Source of the DNA: Methyloversatilis discipulorum
GTDB taxonomy: Bacteria; Armatimonadota; Fimbriimonadia; Fimbriimonadales; Fimbriimonadaceae
Assembly: GCA_943371575.1 (NCBI GenBank)
Contig: CALRVI020000001.1
Span: 103,953-167,952, forward strand
DNA: 64,000 bases
Reading direction: 5' to 3'
Positions within the stretch are counted from its first letter, which is position 1, and each line of letters starts with the position of its first letter. Positions 63,310 to 64,000 of this stretch are shown here, one piece after another. The notes under the pieces are model-generated. The model searched no databases, was not told where the DNA came from, and saw only the letters and a program-made list of their open reading frames with translations. The translations under genes and the position numbers were made by a program.

Positions 63310-64000
63310 TAGAAGAGGCTCCAGCTGATGAATGCTCGGGGATGCGGGACGACCAGGCCACCATTGAAGCCCATCGTGGAGATCCCGCGCACCGGGTTCG
63401 TCTTGAACTCGAAGCTGTAGTACAGATCCGAGATGCTTTCCGAGTTGAACTGCCCGCCGCTCATGACCATGTTGTTGGCGTTTCGGGTGAACGTGTATCG
63501 CATGGGCGTCGCGCCGTCTGGGCGGACACCGATGACAATCGCCTTGCCATCCGGGATGTGCATCTGAACGACCCCGTTGTCATCCAGGTACGCACCATCC
63601 CAAACGACGAACTCAGGAAGCCCCTGCGAGGTCAGGTACTTGTTCAGCTCGACATCCGTGAGCGGGAAGGCCGACGGCGTCCCATTGAGGGCCATGAACT
63701 TCCCAAGATCGTTACCGTTGGTGTTCGCCAGGATTGTGTTCATCGTGACGCGATTCAGCAAGATCTTCGCGTTTGCGCCGAAAGATGCGCTGTTGCCGCG
63801 ACCATAGTCGGTCTGCAGCTTGCGAATATCCGCCAGAGGGGTGGCGGTGGCCACAGTGCTGACGGGAATTGTGGATGCGAAGTTCTGGATCGTGAACTGC
63901 TGAGCAAGAATCGACTGACCACCCTGGAAGACGTAGTACTTCCCGGTGCGAGCAAACTCACTGATCACATTCGTGATCCGGTCGATGGCACGGTTCAGAA
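63309..64000 (-). CDS. Major capsid protein, lambda gpE-like (Phage_cap_E family), C-terminal part; gene continues beyond the window
   Basis: The frame is open to the window end (..LNRAIDRITNVISEF..). VVWDGAYLDDNGVVQMHIPDGKAIVIG parallels lambda E VVYSGQYVENGVKKNFLPDNTMVLG. The C-terminal NPVRGISTMGFNGGLVVPHPRAFISWSL parallels DPAREFTMIQSAPLMLLADPDEFVSVQL. Confidence 0.6.
   Translation of the reverse strand, partial: LNRAIDRITNVISEFARTGKYYVFQGGQSILAQQFTIQNFASTIPVSTVATATPLADIRKLQTDYGRGNSASFGANAKILLNRVTMNTILANTNGNDLGKFMALNGTPSAFPLTDVELNKYLTSQGLPEFVVWDGAYLDDNGVVQMHIPDGKAIVIGVRPDGATPMRYTFTRNANNMVMSGGQFNSESISDLYYSFEFKTNPVRGISTMGFNGGLVVPHPRAFISWSLF

Larger units (their letters stand above)
47047..64000 (-). 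mobile_element. Tailed-phage structural (head-tail-fibre) module; prophage, remnant or GTA-like element, truncated by the window end
   Basis: Canonical gene order: capsid, head-tail joining genes, major tail, G/GT, tape measure, tip proteins, enzymatic fibres. All are co-oriented and most junctions overlap by 1-4 nt. Confidence 0.7.

Overview
High-GC bacterial chromosome segment. It has diderm features (lpxB, an LptA/LptC-like protein, beta-barrel OMP candidates). A DUF1559-type pseudopilin hints at a Planctomycetota/Armatimonadota-like lineage, which is inference only.

1 to about 35.4 kb looks like ordinary core genome:
- nfeD-flotillin, dgt, an LDH/MDH-family dehydrogenase and a rhomboid protease
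- csaB with a DUF5693-like membrane protein and a large OMP candidate
- a lipoprotein/LptC-like cluster
- ybeY-dgkA(PAP2 fusion)-CNNM/CorC
- lpxB, serC, queC-queE, a membrane HdrD/GlcF-like Fe-S oxidoreductase, acpS and alaS

A family of about 50-nt nested-hairpin repeats is scattered through this part, including in-frame copies inside two genes.

From about 35.4 kb the composition becomes visibly AT-richer. Every gene called from 36.8 kb to the window end is on the minus strand:
- a tRNA-3'-end-like fragment
- an orphan RHS remnant
- a 1332-aa signal-peptide RHS/YD toxin with a glycine-zipper C-terminal domain and a small membrane immunity candidate
- a four-gene translationally coupled operon: N6A methyltransferase, GHKL + histidine-kinase hybrid, stand-alone receiver, PtuB-like HNH nuclease. 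I could not match it to a named defence system, and it is the most interesting object here.
- a tailed-phage structural module: lambda-E-like capsid, head-tail genes, major tail, a G/GT chaperone with a CCCUUUA -1 slippery site, tape measure, distal tail proteins and three glycan-active enzymes

No rRNA, intact tRNA or CRISPR array was found.
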